The position numbers and the translations under genes were made by a program. Positions 48,906-62,252 of a stretch of DNA of 64,000 bases are shown here, in pieces. Numbering within the stretch: the first letter of the stretch is position 1; the number at the start of each line of letters is the position of its first letter. This stretch comes from Zootoca vivipara (Eukaryota). The notes below the pieces were generated by a model that saw only the letters and a program-made list of their open reading frames with translations, ran no database searches and was not told the origin of the DNA. The DNA is taken from positions 35,960,001 to 36,024,000 of the forward strand of contig NC_083294.1 in NCBI RefSeq assembly GCF_963506605.1. Reading direction: 5' to 3'.

Positions 48906-49264
48906 ACTTTAAGCAACCTGAATGTTAATCACTCATCATTGGAAGAGAGGGTGCTTGTTTGTCGTTGACACAACCCACAGTATTCCTGCCAGATCCTCCT
49001 ATTATATAGCTGCTTAAAAGCAAAGACTGTGGTCATTTATTCCAGAGATATACATGGAACAAATCTTACCAAATGTTAATACATATTTTTACTAAGATTG
49101 AATACTTTTTACCTGGCAGAATATTTACCTTTCTTGTAAGGTTTAACTGTTAAAGATTTTTTTGTCAATGAGTCACAATAAATTTTATCAAGTGATGGGG
49201 GGGTGAGAGAGATTACTGGACCCTATATTTCATTTCCATGTTGAAATGCACTCAAAGATTTACA

Positions 49265-49395
49265 GTACGAGTGGGGAACCTGTGTGCCCCTCCAGATGTT
49301 CGATGGACTACAAATCCCATCATTCCTGAGCAGGGGTCATGTTGACTGGAGTTTATGAGAGAAGCTCAAGAACATCCAGAAGGTCCCAAATTTCA
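49265..49395. mobile_element. Hairpin hAT-like MITE
   Basis: GTGGGGAACCTGTG...CCCTCCAGATGTT...GGACTACAAATCCCATCAT...AACATCCAGAAGG. Confidence 0.55.
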
Positions 49396-49501
49396 CTTCA
49401 CTTATTTACATGATATTCCCTGTTTCTGTTTCTTTATCTGGGTGCTCAATAATTTCTTTAGTGTTTTACTGGGTGTCATGAAGTTGCCAAAGGTGGTACC
49501 G

Positions 49502-49504
<3 letters not shown>

Positions 49505-49576
<72 letters not shown>
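49505..49576. repeat. (CT)n microsatellite
   Basis: Directly visible. Confidence 0.98.
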
Positions 49577-49578
<2 letters not shown>

Positions 49579-51092
49579 ACCCTACCCCCCAACACATTAG
49601 TCAAAAATGGAATTATACTTCTCCTTTTGCAAGGAAGGATTCATTAGGTAAAATGAAGTCAGTATCCCAGGCAGCTGATTTTTTTGTTACCGTGAAAGCA
49701 AATTGTTGCTTACTGAATTTATCATTGCTGCATTTTATTGTCAGAGAGAAGCATTTCCATCGGGTGCCAGAATAATTTGTCCAGCCTTGGGTATTATGAA
49801 CCTTGGCTTTTGTGGAAGGGAGTGACAATTCCTAGGAGCATGCGCCAACCACAAGCTTTGGTTTAAACCCCAGTTTGGTGTTTTGGAAAATAGTCAAAAA
49901 TAGTCACAATGGAAATCCCCTGACACTCACAATGGGAATCCCAAGCTCCACCCTCTCACCACCCAAAATCCCTCTGAGGCATCCCACTTTGGTTCAGGAG
50001 TCTTTCAGATCTGTTGAACAGCCTTATCATTTGGGGATTTATCACAGGCAACAAAAGATTTTAGACTGGTCCTAATCCCACCCACCCCCCACCCTGGCTG
50101 CCCTTTCAAATACTTGTCCCATCATGACCAGCAAGACGTGCATCACGTGGGGCATCAGTTTATCAATTTTATTTCTCACTTCAGGAAAGTTAATGAGGAT
50201 TTATGGACCTAGAGCAAAGTTACCGCTCCAAATTTTGAAACTGAGCAGCATTACTGATTTAAAGAGTTGTATTCCTTCTCCCTAGCAGCTCATAATCACT
50301 TTGCATTTTTTTGTTTGTTTTGTTTGTTTTTGTAGTTAGAATATCACGCATCTTCAAAATCCCTGTGTTCTTTCAGGTCATGCCACTGCATCATTTTTTA
50401 CTATTATTGAGGAAAGACTTCTTATGCATGTCATAACTTGAAATATGTTGAAGGAGAGAGTTCTAAATCATTTCCAGTTTCCTCTTTTCCTAATTGGTGT
50501 TTTCTCTCCTTTAGAGCCAGCGTCTCACATGAATCATTTGACATGTTGAGACCTTCACCCCAAATCTATACCATTTATATATCTGCCACCTACCTAGCCC
50601 TCTTTGCTAAGTGTAATTCAAAAGAACTTTGAAATCACTCTGTTTGGGATAGGTTAGTTTTTTGGGGGAAAACTGAAAATGCAGAGCATAAAGTAAGATT
50701 TTAATTTCCCTGTTATTCATGGCCTTTTAAAAAGGAAATGTTATTACAGTGATTTGGAATGTTTCCTTTTGTTTACCCTTCTATATAACTGGGACAACAC
50801 ACATGTTCATTTTCTGTTCTCCATGGGTAAGTAAACTAAGATTTACGCAGAGCAGATCCAGTGGAATTAACTGACCTAAGTCTTCTATCACCTTAAATTC
50901 TAACCAATGTTCAGTGTGGTGAAGTATATATGCCTACTCAGAAATAAGGCTACTCTAAGCCTGGCTGTGTGGAACTCATCCATTGTATTGTTATGGAGCT
51001 AAAACTATCCATGATGCAAGCAATCTGCAAATATCATGGAAATAGTAACTGTGGGGCAAGAGGCAAATTCACTTTACCTTTAACATTAAGAC

Positions 51093-51156
51093 ACTACTAG
51101 AAGGATTTTTTTATTATTTTGTTTCGACTACAGCAGACCAACACGGCTACCTACCT
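51093..51156. mobile_element. Penelope-like terminal fragment, opposite orientation to 20050-20150
   Basis: CTACTAGAAGGATTTTTTTATTAT resembles the reverse complement of 20048-20073 and continues TTTGTTTCGACTACAGCAGACCAACACGGCTACC. Confidence 0.55.
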
Positions 51157-51159
51157 TTA

Positions 51160-51208
51160 AGGGAAAGGAAGTGGCTCAGTGGTAGAGCAATTCCTTTGCA
51201 TGCAGAAG
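51160..51208 (+). mobile_element. Squam2-like SINE head fragment
   Basis: GTGGCTCAGTGGTAGAGCAATTCCTTTGCATGCAGAAG, truncated before the B-box. Confidence 0.65.
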
Positions 51209-53364
51209 AAAAACGGCAGAAGGGGGTAATTTTATTCAAGAAAAAATTACATCCCCCTCCAACACCACAGTCCCAGCCCACCAACTCCAGCCCCCTCTGC
51301 AACTCCCATTAATAGAAAACCACATCAGATTCTGTTCACAGATCTCCCATGTCACATCCATTTGGTTCATAGATAAATATAGCATATATAATTCAAAAAA
51401 AGCATTCAGTTCCAAAAAGAGAGAAAAGAAGACTCAAGTTCTATTACAATTCTGATCTCCGTTCTCCAGATCTGTGTGTAAATGGCATGTAGTTATGAAT
51501 AAGGGATTTGTTTTTACAAAATGTGGCAAAGATGTGTTTAGCAGGAAAGCATCTATATTCATTCAGCTTTGCCCTCAAACTGCTAAATTTCTTCTGGTTT
51601 ACATTCTTCAAAGGAGATGATTGAAGCTAGATGATTAACTTCCCAACATATATGAATTAGCATATAATACATAAGCATTCTACACAAGCCTGCTAATATT
51701 TAGCAAGGTACTCACCTATGCATATCCAGGAATTACAAAGCTAATGAAAGTTGGCAGTACAATGAAACAGAATTAATTTAGTAAGATGTCAGAAATCTTA
51801 CAAACACTTGACTGGTGGAGTTTCACTTTGAAGTAGGAATGGATAGAGGATGCGAATGGAGAGGCTTCCAAATGTCCCTTCACATACTGATGAAAACATT
51901 TAGAGCTGTGTCCAGTTCTTCTTAAGTTGGGCTAACTTGATGGGGTTCCTTCCACCACCACCCTAAATTTCCTATCCTCCCTGCCAGTCTGCCCCTTCCC
52001 CAACAAAACTAATATCCTTACCACAGAGAAAGAAGATGGAGTAGCATATGGGAGGTGAATTTGCATCACACTAGGGCAGTGCAAGATACTGTCAATCATG
52101 GTGCCCTATGCCAATTACAGCCAATATGCTAGGTATGTGCGCCCCACAATAAGCTTTGGGACACCTCAAATCACACATGGTTACCTTCAGGAAAGTGGCT
52201 TCTACAAGAAATCACAGTATGACATTTGGCCCACTGCTTGGTTTTGGTACAAGCCACTGTTAATCATTGTGCCCCATTCCATTAATAGCCAGTGTATTTC
52301 AAAAAGGGAACTGGGTCTATGTACCTCACAATGACCTTTGGGCCACTGCAAATCAAATGCCCACACCTCCAGAACAGTGTCAATAATGAGAAGGCATAGA
52401 ATCTATATATAATCTAAATGATGACTGGGCTGCCATACCCCAAATTTCTCATCAGAAAGTCAGTCCTAGTTAGGGCAACACACTATTCAAAGGGGCTAAG
52501 GTGCACTGTTCATACACACATCAAAGATACTTCTTGCATAGCTTACCAAAGCTCAGTCCAAGTAGGCAGAGGAGGAACCAGGCAAAGAGTTGGCATTATA
52601 CACTGGGCCGCAGAAGACCTATAGATTTCAGCAGGGAGACAATGGCCAAAGAAAGAGAAATCTAGCCCAGCTCCTGAAAATGCTGGCATCTTGAGGCCAC
52701 CTATGGCTAATGATGGGGACATCAATGGCTTCTGCTGGGTATCTATAGCAGTTGTAGACATCAACCCAGCTGTGGCTATGCATTAAATGCTTATTTATGG
52801 AGACCCTTCAGTCTTAAATTTATGAGCAGTTCTGTTGCAGAAACATTGCTCGTTTAACTCAGTCTGCTTCCACCACTGTGTAGTATTTTAACAAGGTAAG
52901 TAAGAAAAGAAAAAGAAAGAGAAAAAATGAGACCTAGTTTATAGGGAAGATGATGATATAAACCTCCAAATAGTCTTTTACCGGGGGAGGGGGTGGATAT
53001 CCAGTTGTTAAAGGTTTGTAGAAAGGAAAGATCTGATTTATTTTCACAATAACTTTCCTAGGATGTAAGGGTCTAAGGATAAAACAGTTAAAAGATCATT
53101 CTGTAGACAACAAAGTATAAATATGGTAAAACTTTGGGCCCCAGTTGTAACTCTCATTTTTAATGAGTTTTTCACTTTGAGATGGAACTGTTGTTTTATC
53201 TCCCGCCATAAAAATGTGATAAAATATCCATCACTTCAGAAGGGATCTGTGTGAGGACTTAGTTGCACTGGATATTTCAGCAGGGCACAAGAGAACCATA
53301 TCAAACAGACAGAAATTATTGGCAACAAAAAAGAATCTCTGGGCCTAGGGTCTTGTTGATATAG

Positions 53365-53990
53365 CACATATAACAGTGGCCCTGTTAAATTAGACCAAAG
53401 ACCACAGGCAGGATCTCAGTGCAAAAAGCTCTCCCCACTTCTGATTCCTAGCAACACATATTCAGAGCCACCTTGCCTCTGACAGTGGAGGTAGAATACA
53501 TAGCTATCATAGATAGCAGCCACTGATGACCCTATACTCCTCCAACAGAAAAAGGAGAATGTAGCTATGAATTTGTCAAATCCTCTTTTAAAACCATCCA
53601 CCTTCACTGGACGGTTCTAGCATTATGAAAGAAACATCTCTCTATCCACTTTCTTCATAATATGCATAATTTTATAACAGCCATTCACATTTTCTCCTAA
53701 AGTAGAAAGCTCCAAACAGGGCTGTCTCAACTATGTCGGGCGCCCTGGCGCCGTGGTGCGGAGATTGCTCCGGCGCCCCTGCTCCGCCCCGTTTCTTGTC
53801 GCGGCTGGTGGGTGGGTGCAGGGCGCAGTATGTCTTCCGCGTGGCTCCGCTGCGTGACGCCCCCCTGCCGGGCCAGCGCCCTGGCACCCTGCACCACCCA
53901 ACCTACCCCTAGAGCCGGCCCTGGCTCCAAATGATGTCACCTTCTTTAATAGGGAAATTGATACGATCCCTTGATCATTTTGGTTGACCA
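53365..53990 (-). mobile_element. CR1 LINE 3' portion, interrupted by a MITE
   Basis: ATGAATTTGTCAAATCCTCTTTTAAAACCATCCA (minus strand: DGFKRGFDKFI, the CR1 ORF2 end), plus CR1 3' UTR motifs. Continues past the MITE TSD. Confidence 0.65.
53717..53923. mobile_element. GC/CpG-rich hAT-type MITE
   Basis: TIRs CAGGGCTGTCTC / GAGCCGGCCCTG. Perfect 8-bp TSD GCTCCAAA (53709-53716, 53924-53931). Confidence 0.9.
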
Positions 53991-54299
53991 AAACTTTTTG
54001 TTACAGCCTTTGGTTCCAAGTGGTGAAAGGATCTGCCTCTAGGCTGCCCGAAACACTGGGAAATCCCAAGAATACCAGCCATTCCACACAAAAAAGGATG
54101 GCCCCAGTGGTGTCTATCACTTCCTCTGCAGTGCCGTTCTCAGCTGTACTCCACACACCAAATGTATGAGCATGCATGAGCAAATAAGGTATTTTAAAAC
54201 TGAACAGCTCATGTGCATCTGATCACCTGGGTTCACTATCTCCTTGCTGGCTCTCTATTGGAACACTGGTTATCTGTATATATGCAGTTGGATGCAGGG

Positions 54300-54410
54300 A
54301 TCTGCCTTATACTGAGTCAGGGTTTCAGATTGGAATCTCTCTCAATCCTACCTGGAGATGCTGGGGTTTGAACCTAGGATCTTCTGCAGGCAAAGAGGGC
54401 GTTCTGCAGA
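54300..54410 (-). mobile_element. Squam2-like SINE, internally deleted
   Basis: CTGCCTTATACTGAGTCAG joined to GGTTTCAG...CCTACCTGGAGATGCTGGGGTTTGAACC. Confidence 0.65.
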
Positions 54411-54439
54411 CACCATCTCTTGAGAATGTCCATTTCATA

Positions 54440-54692
54440 TAATGTAGGAATTAGGCCTTTAACTATGGTGGCGCCTACCCTTTGGAACTCCCTCCCATTG
54501 CATATCAGGCAAAACCTGTCTCTATGGCCTTGTCAGTGGCTATTCTTCCTGTTTCATCCACCTTTTAAAGTGAAGATTGTTAATCCAGTCTGCATCTGTA
54601 TTGGTTCTGATTTTTATCTTTACAGGTGAAATGAATTATGGTTTTGTTTTTTGTTTTTGTACATATGGAATTGTGGGTGGAGTATAAATAAA

Positions 54693-54732
<40 letters not shown>
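54440..54732 (+). mobile_element. Older L2 LINE 3' end
   Basis: RPLTMVAPTLWNSLP resembles RAFSVVAPTLWNALP at ~58500. Ends GGGTGGAGTATAAATAAA(TTA)n. Confidence 0.65.
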
Positions 54733-54734
<2 letters not shown>

Positions 54735-57652
54735 CTGTGAAATTTATTGTGAAATCACAATAACAGGGGAAGCACTGCAGATTTTATGGATGTGAATGTT
54801 ACCCAGGTCACTTCCCCATTATCTGACCATGCTTGCAGGTGAGTAGAAGATCAGGGTGCTACTAGAATTGTTAATAAACAAGCATCCATACAAAGATACC
54901 ATCAGTCTCTGGTATTAACTCTGCCACAGGAAATTTGCAACACAATTTATTTCGAAAACAGCATACTGTATACTATAGGCAAATGGGCCAGAGATTGTGT
55001 AAACTGAGCCAAGTCCTGTGGGGAAACTTTGAAAGTGAGAATTAACATTTGGGAGAGAGAGAGAGAGAGAGAGAGAAATTAGCAGTACCAGAAAGTGTGC
55101 AACTGAGGAAGAATGAGCACCAGCAAGTTAGAACTTACAGCAGAAATCTCAGTCTTACTGCAATGTGTAAGCATCAGACTCTGGTTTAAAAAATCAGTCC
55201 TGCTATAAGACAACACCAATTGAAAAAGAATAAAGGCAGAGCATCTGTTAAAACAGTCTTTGAACAGACTTTAATTACTACTGGGCTCTTCTCTAGCTTT
55301 TCATTTTCAGCCAGAAAATGTCATTGGGTGGCTGGGTTGGTAGCAATAACCAAGAAGAGTGAGGTCAGAAGTCATTTATTTATAAAGTTCTTGTATGTAC
55401 TGTCTGGGGGGTAAACAGAAACCATTAGCACACCAACAGAAGAAATCCCAAGGGATCTGCAAATCAGAAAGCTCCCAAGGCATTGAAAGTTGACATCTTC
55501 GACTGAACTTTCAGTTGAAAGTTGAACTGAAAGTGATACTCATCTCTAAAAGAGCTTCCCTGGATACATTCAGCAATTTTTTAAAAAGCCATAAAAATAC
55601 CCTGAATAAACTTTGGGTTTCATGTGTTATTTTGTCTCCTCTTTTAAGTTATCATCATAAAATGATTTGCCAAATGACACAGCTATACAACTTTAAAACT
55701 TTAAAATTTACTTTTCCTGGCCCTGAAGTTAGGGTTAGGAAAGGTAGATGTGCACCATCTACAGAGAGGGGTGATAGGTCTGTTCATGATGGTTCAGACA
55801 ACATCCAGTCCTTGGTGAGTCCAACCCTCCAGCTTCCTCTCTGACACACCAGTTTAGCTGGCTCCTCTGATTGGTTTGCTGCCTCTTCAGCTACACTGTG
55901 AAAACTTGGTTGAATCTGTCTCTACCTCACCTCCAGAGGTAAAGCCTTCACAGTTCCTTCAAAGAGTCTCACTTTTAGTTCTACTTTGAACCATGTGTAC
56001 CCTACCAGTAAGGAGGTCTAAGCTGCTCCAACCTTAGACCATGTGGCTTATGTAAGCCATCCTTGTGTTTTTATACAAATAATTTAACAACATTTACCAT
56101 CTTTGGAACCTGCCTGTCTTATTCCTGTATGGAACAGCATATAAATCTGACCTTTGAAGAGTTTCTAAGTAAACCATTTTTATCTTACCAGACTTTTTCC
56201 TTTTAACCAAAAGCCAGCACTTAACTGGGTTGTCCGGGGACAGTGGGGTGGAGCCAGTGTCAGAAGTTGGTGTCTCATATTTGTCAGAACTTGATGCCAA
56301 AATCCACGCCCAGTGCCACCACACCCTCTGATGGAACCCTCTTTCCTGTCATTGCCAGAACTTTCCCCATCTGAAATCCCAGAATCCCTCTCTAACTCTA
56401 ACAGATCATTTCATCCCTGTCCAGTTCTTACTTGTGCCATGGGCCCCATAGCATTTAGGACTCTCCTCAGTCTGTAACTCTGACTCTACCATACCTTCTT
56501 CTCTCCAGGCTGCACCCCTTACCCACCCTGCTTCATACCTTCATTGAGTATTTAGGAAGCTCAACACTCAGCTGACCTATCCACCAGGCCTCATAAAGTC
56601 TTAGACTCAGAACTTAGTCCAAGTAACTTGTCTCACTATAGAGTAATTTTACATGGCAAAGCTAATTTTTGAACCTGGGACAAACACACACCTGCCTGCT
56701 TTGAACTACATTTCATTTCTGGTCCATTTGATCTTCCACAAATTGAACTGTAGCATACATCATACAACTCAACCCTTGTCCCTTGAATTGATGGTGAGTA
56801 TCCCTTGCAGATCCTAAAACCTGATTGCTTGGGTCTTGGACACCACTATGATAGGGAAACAGTTACTGTTGGACTCTGATTCTCATCTTTCCTGGGGATG
56901 ATGGGACTTGGAGTCCAACAACATCTGGAGAGCTGCAGATTTCCCATTACTGCTCTATCATGATGCTACATTCCATTTAACATGCAATTTGTCAGTATAT
57001 ACATCTTTTTTTTACAAAGACACCCTATGTCAACAGTATTTCCTCCAACAAAGAAAACTGACCACAAAAATTATTCCTTGAACTTTTCAGTGCTGTGGAA
57101 GAGGAAGTAAAGTTGTATACCACTGTATTGATTGTTCTGTATATGAGTAGGCATCAAAGCATCAGAATTATACAGAAGTACATTCAGGGTCACAAACTGC
57201 AAGTCCACTTTGAAAATTAAAAAAAGAAGAAGAAATAGCTTTTCCCCTGCTTCTTATTCTCCTTCCCTCAATATCCTTGAAGACAGCCTTGAAATGAAAA
57301 AAGAGAGAGGTATTTTCAAAGTACAGTTTGGCGTGATTCCAGTTTTAAATAATAGACTTGATTATAAGGTTCAGAACCAAGATCAATGAAGTTCCTTGAA
57401 GCTAACCTCAGCTTCAGAAATACAGTCTGGATACTGTGGCTTGATTAGATCTACATATATATATTTTCCCCAATGTAGCCACCTCTGTAGAATTTAATTT
57501 GGTAACGAAAGGTGACAAAGGGGGGGGGGAATCTTATAAAATGACATTCTGAATTGTAAAATGGCATGTTGACAAGAACCTGTTTTAAAAAGTCCATTAT
57601 CAAATATTGTTCAAGTTTTCTTGTTTTCCTTTTTCACAACAAATATGTTTTG

Positions 57653-57653
<1 letters not shown>

Positions 57654-57700
<47 letters not shown>
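57654..57700. repeat. (CA)n microsatellite
   Basis: Directly visible. Confidence 0.98.
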
Positions 57701-57702
<2 letters not shown>

Positions 57703-58047
57703 AGATTTAGTGAATCTAATAAAGACCAATTTGTTAAGTCATTCTGAGTGGCTTTGAATGTCTGTTGGGAAGATGGAAGTAGAATACAGGCATAAATCTG
57801 TGGTCCATGTCTTTGGACTTTTTCAATGCTTTTTTTTTAGACTATTATTTATACTACAGGACAATTATAGTATACATCATCTGGTGGGCAATTGGTTGGG
57901 GGAAGGGTGGTCTTAGAGATAATGACTGGCCGAAAGTTGCCCCATGAGCTTCATGGTTGTGCAGGGTTTTTAACCTTGTAATCTCTGTTCGAAAACCAGC
58001 ACCCTGTCCTCTAGATGTGCTTTATCATTTTATTTAGATCTTTTAAC

Positions 58048-58714
58048 AATGCGGCTCAAGGCAACGTGTCCAGGGCAGCTGTTTATCAGCTCCATCTGGT
58101 ACGCAGGCTGAGTCCCTACCTGCCCGCGGACTGTCTCGCCAGAGTGGTGCATGCTCTAGTTATCTCTTGCTTGGACTACTGCAATGTGCTCTACGTGGGG
58201 CTAACTTTGAAGGTGACCCGGAAACTACAACTAACCCAGAATGTGGCAGCTAGACTGGTGACTGGGAGCGGCCACCGAGACCACATAACACCGGTCCTGA
58301 AAGACCTACATTGGCTCCCAGTACGTTTCCGAGCACAATTCAAAGTGTTGGTGCTGACCTTTAAAGCCCTAAACGGCCTCGGTCCAGTATACCCGAAGGA
58401 GCGTCTCCACCCCCATCGTTCTTCGCGGACACTGAGGTCCAGTGCCGAGGGCCTTCTGGCGGTTCCCTCGCTACGAGAAGCCAAATTACAGGGAACCAGG
58501 CAGAGGGCCTTCTCGGTGGTGGCACCCACCCTGTGGAATGCCCTCCCACCAGAGGTCAAAGAAAACAACAACTACCAGACCTTTAGAAGGCATCTCAAGG
58601 CAGCCCTGTTTAGGGAAGCTTTTAATGTTTGAGTTCTGTATTTTAATGTTTTGTTGGAAGCCGCCCAGAGTGGCTGGGGGAACCCGGCCAGATGGGCGGG
58701 GTATAAATAATATA

Positions 58715-58762
<48 letters not shown>
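58048..58762 (+). mobile_element. Young 5'-truncated L2 LINE (ORF2 C-terminus, 3' UTR stem-loop, (TTA)n tail)
   Basis: ORF 58015..58632 contains VVHALVISCLDYCNVLYVGL...KLQLTQNVAARLV...HITPVLKDLHWLPVRFRAQFKVLVLTFKAL...RAFSVVAPTLWNALP, a canonical L2 ORF2. The frame is open and CpGs are retained. Confidence 0.95.
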
Positions 58763-59634
58763 TGTAGGTGAACCAGCGTTATCCCAGTCCATGTCACTTC
58801 CATGTGTTCATCCATAAGTCTGTTCCACTTTGTATACACATAAATCCTTTAAAAAAAATTACATACATGTACAGAAATATTTTAAATGCCTCTAAATATG
58901 CATTCTCTTTCAAAATAAACATATCTAAATGGACTTTCTCTTAAAATTCAAATTATTATTATTATATACATACGTAAAAGTCAGTGAATAACTGAGCTCT
59001 AATCTGTACATTACTCGAAGAGCTATAGATCAAGTCAGTTATGCAAAGAGTAATCCCTCAAGCATTTTCAACTATATGTGTAAATATTCCCTGATGTAAC
59101 TCCATCCTTTTTTTGGTTTCTGCGACTAAGGCTATACACATCTATGGTTTTCCTTTTGTCACATTGCTTCTAAGCATAGCTCTCTGGAGGGTTGTTAAAA
59201 ATAAGTATGGCCTCTTTGCTAAATGGAAGGATGCTCAGAAAGTATTTCTAAGTAATATTGAAATAAGAAAAAAAGAAGGCTCTTATTTGTAAGTAGGAGC
59301 TACAACATACATACATATGTTTAGAAGTGGAAGCTAAATTTTTATAGATCAATAACATTTGAAAGTGGAAAATGTAAACTCTGGAATGTTGGGGTTAAAC
59401 GAGAAGGTCAAGTCAGCAAACAAGCGAGCAACGAGGGAGTCAGACCTGGAGAATCTCTCATCTAGTCCATCTTATACCCCAGAAGAAAATTCCATTCATT
59501 TTCAAAATTTTAGCAGGTAGAGGTATGTAATTTGCTTAAAGCTGTTTTTAATGCTATGTTTTACATTGCTGAAATCCACCTTGGTGAAGGGCAGGAAATG
59601 ATGTTGATGATGATGATGATGATGAAGTAGTTTT

Positions 59635-59763
59635 TAGGGAGAGCCAAATTGGTGCCTTGCAGATGTTCCTGGACTCCAACTCCCACCATCCCTGACCATT
59701 GTGCCCTATTGTCTGGGAATGAGAGTTTATCACATCTGGAGAATACCACATTTGCTATCCCTG
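59635..59763. mobile_element. Hairpin hAT-like MITE
   Basis: CAGATGTTCCTGGACTCCAACTCCCACCATCCCTGACC...CACATCTGGAG...TTTGCTATCCCTG. Confidence 0.55.
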
Positions 59764-59769
59764 ATGTGT

Positions 59770-60290
59770 TTGTTGTTTCTTTTGGACGGATGTAACCTTG
59801 ACAGTCCCAAAGTTGTGATATGTTTACATATTGGAGAGGCTGTCTCTCAGATAAGCTGGTCAGGAGTTCCTTAATAGCATAATATACTAAAAGCAGTACT
59901 TTGCAGATGCCGCTGTAGCTAATAGGAATCCAATGCAGTTCCCTCAGCAGAAGTTTAATAAGTATGCAGCAGTGGATACCACTTAACGTCCTTGCTGCAA
60001 TATTCTGTACCAGTTGCAGCTTCTTGACCAGTCTCAAGGGAAATCCCACATAGAATATGTTAAAGTAGTCTAATTGTGCGCTTACAACTGCATGAATCAC
60101 AGTGCCCAAGATATTCCTGCCCAAGAAAGGGCACAGTTGGTGTACCAACTTAAGTTAATCATAAGTGCTCCTTGCCATGGAGGTTACCTAAGTCTCCAAT
60201 GACAGAGATGGATCTAAGATAGCTACAAAACTATGTACCTGTTTCATCAGAGGAAGTCCAATCCAATTAAAAACAAGTAGACTACCCACA
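59770..60290 (-). mobile_element. Older L2 LINE ORF2 fragment
   Basis: ORF 59561..60148 contains TVIHAVVSAQLDYFNIFYVGFPLRLVKKLQLVQNIAARTL...LLRELHWIPI. Confidence 0.85.
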
Positions 60291-61939
60291 CCCCAGACTT
60301 GGGAATCATTCCCCTACAAAAACCCACCAAGTGCATTTGCCAGAGTGGTATAACAGTTAATCCATCTCCCAAGGGAGCTCTAGAAATCAAAGTTCTGTGA
60401 GAGAAACAACCCTAACAACCCTAAGCATTCCTAACTATTCTTAGCACTGTTGACACACTACAGTTCCCAGAATTCTTTGGGGGGAAATCATGACTGTTAA
60501 AGAGAAATTATACTGCTTTAAATGCATAGTGCCGATGGGACTTTAGTATATTATAGTGATCCCAGAGCTACTTGATGAGCTGGATTAGATTGAATCCAGA
60601 GTTCAGGTTAAACTGGGGTAAATCGACCACTGGCTTTTGGTATTACAATACCAAATCAGATATGTATGATCCTGGCAGTTTCTGCCTAGCCAAGCAATGA
60701 AAAGATACAAAACAACATAGAGTTCCTCTAAGAGTCTGGCACATTTCTGCAACACTTTATATTAGGGTTAATCAGCTGATAAAAATCAATGCGGCTGATC
60801 ATCTGATTAGCTGAACCAAATTGTAATTAGTTTGTAATTAAGAACATTTGTAAGCATACCTCATGTGTGTAATTCCTAAATTAGTTTTATATAACACGGA
60901 GCAGATTGAAATGACTTGACTGTGCTCTCTTGTGCAAATTTTGAGTTTTGCTGCTTTTAAAAATCTGTTTCAGTGCTTTCTTCTCATTTCCAGATTATAT
61001 AATGGGCTTATCTAAGGCCCCCTCTATACTCTTAAAGCGAAGTCATCCTGCTCTTCAGCTTGGCCCAGTGGCAGCTGGAATAAAGTCAGGGAAGTTACAT
61101 AGTGTTTGTACAAACCTTAAGTGGATTTCTGGTTACCTGATTTCAGCAAACTGGACATTCTGGTCCCTATCTATGCAGGAAAAAATGTTCTGCCTCTTCA
61201 AAAAGACACTAAGGAAGTGAGATGTGATTGAAGTCAATGGGAACGGAGTCCCTTTGAAGGACATGAAACACTCTAAAACATCTCAGCCTTCAATTTAATT
61301 CCACCTGACATAAACATGATTACCTATTTTTTTAAAATTAAAGCAAATCTGTTGTTTTGTCTGTGCTCATACACTTCAATTTAAAATAATCTCTGTGGTG
61401 TTAATTCTGTTGTGTCTTGTGTTCAGTCATTATATGCTTGTAGAAAATCTCATTTAGCAGAAGGCTATCTTGTAATGATTTCAACAAGAGCTTTTGCATT
61501 ACACATTCATCAGTTCAATGAAAGCTCTTGATCCTTCTCCATAAAGCATGCAATCTTTCTTTAGGGACTACATACCTTTATGGAAAAGGCTGCTTCCAAA
61601 TGCCTCCTTTATACCTTCTGAAAGTCTGCACTTGGTTTGGGGATGTGCTGCTGACCTTTCCCCTTTGATGTGTGTGTGTTCAGAGCAACATCTGGAAAGG
61701 AGCACCTTTTTGCATACACCTGTATGTGTGCTATATGATTGGTATACACACATACAGCATCATATAGGGATCCTGGTCATATGCAACCCCTATGCATGGA
61801 TACAGTGTACCATTTATTTGCAAAGTTCACTCCAAATGTACAATCTGGCAAAGAGCTAGGCCAGCGGCACATGCACGGCCCATGCAAAGTCAAAAGGTGA
61901 GGGGTGGGACACAGTCCCAATACCCTCTTCAGCCATGCA

Positions 61940-62252
61940 GGGCTTAATCGACACTTATCTTTTGCCCTAACCGTTTGAAACACAGGTTCACTCTTAATAT
62001 CTCTGTGTCCAAGCATCCCCCCTTTTCTTTTTTGCCATGAGCTTTCCCCATGAAAACCTGTTCTTTAGCACCCATTCGAAGCAAATGCCCATTCAGGTTT
62101 TTAGCAGATTGCTGCTTGCTCTGAATGTGATTTAAAGAGAAGGTTTTTGTGGGGAAAGCTCTGGAGGAAGCATTAGGGGCACTTAGACACAGCACTTTAA
62201 AGTGTCGACCACGCCTGGAAAAAGCAGAAGAAAGGTAAATGTGGATAAGTCA
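61940..62252. mobile_element. PIF/Harbinger-like MITE, degraded
   Basis: Termini GGGCTTAATCGACACTTATCTTT / AAAGGTAAATGTGGATAAGTC. Internal similarity to 36043-36267. Confidence 0.5.

Noticed and set aside
55760-56520. Possible LTR-like segments
   Set aside because: I could not define TG..CA termini or TSDs, so I left it unannotated.
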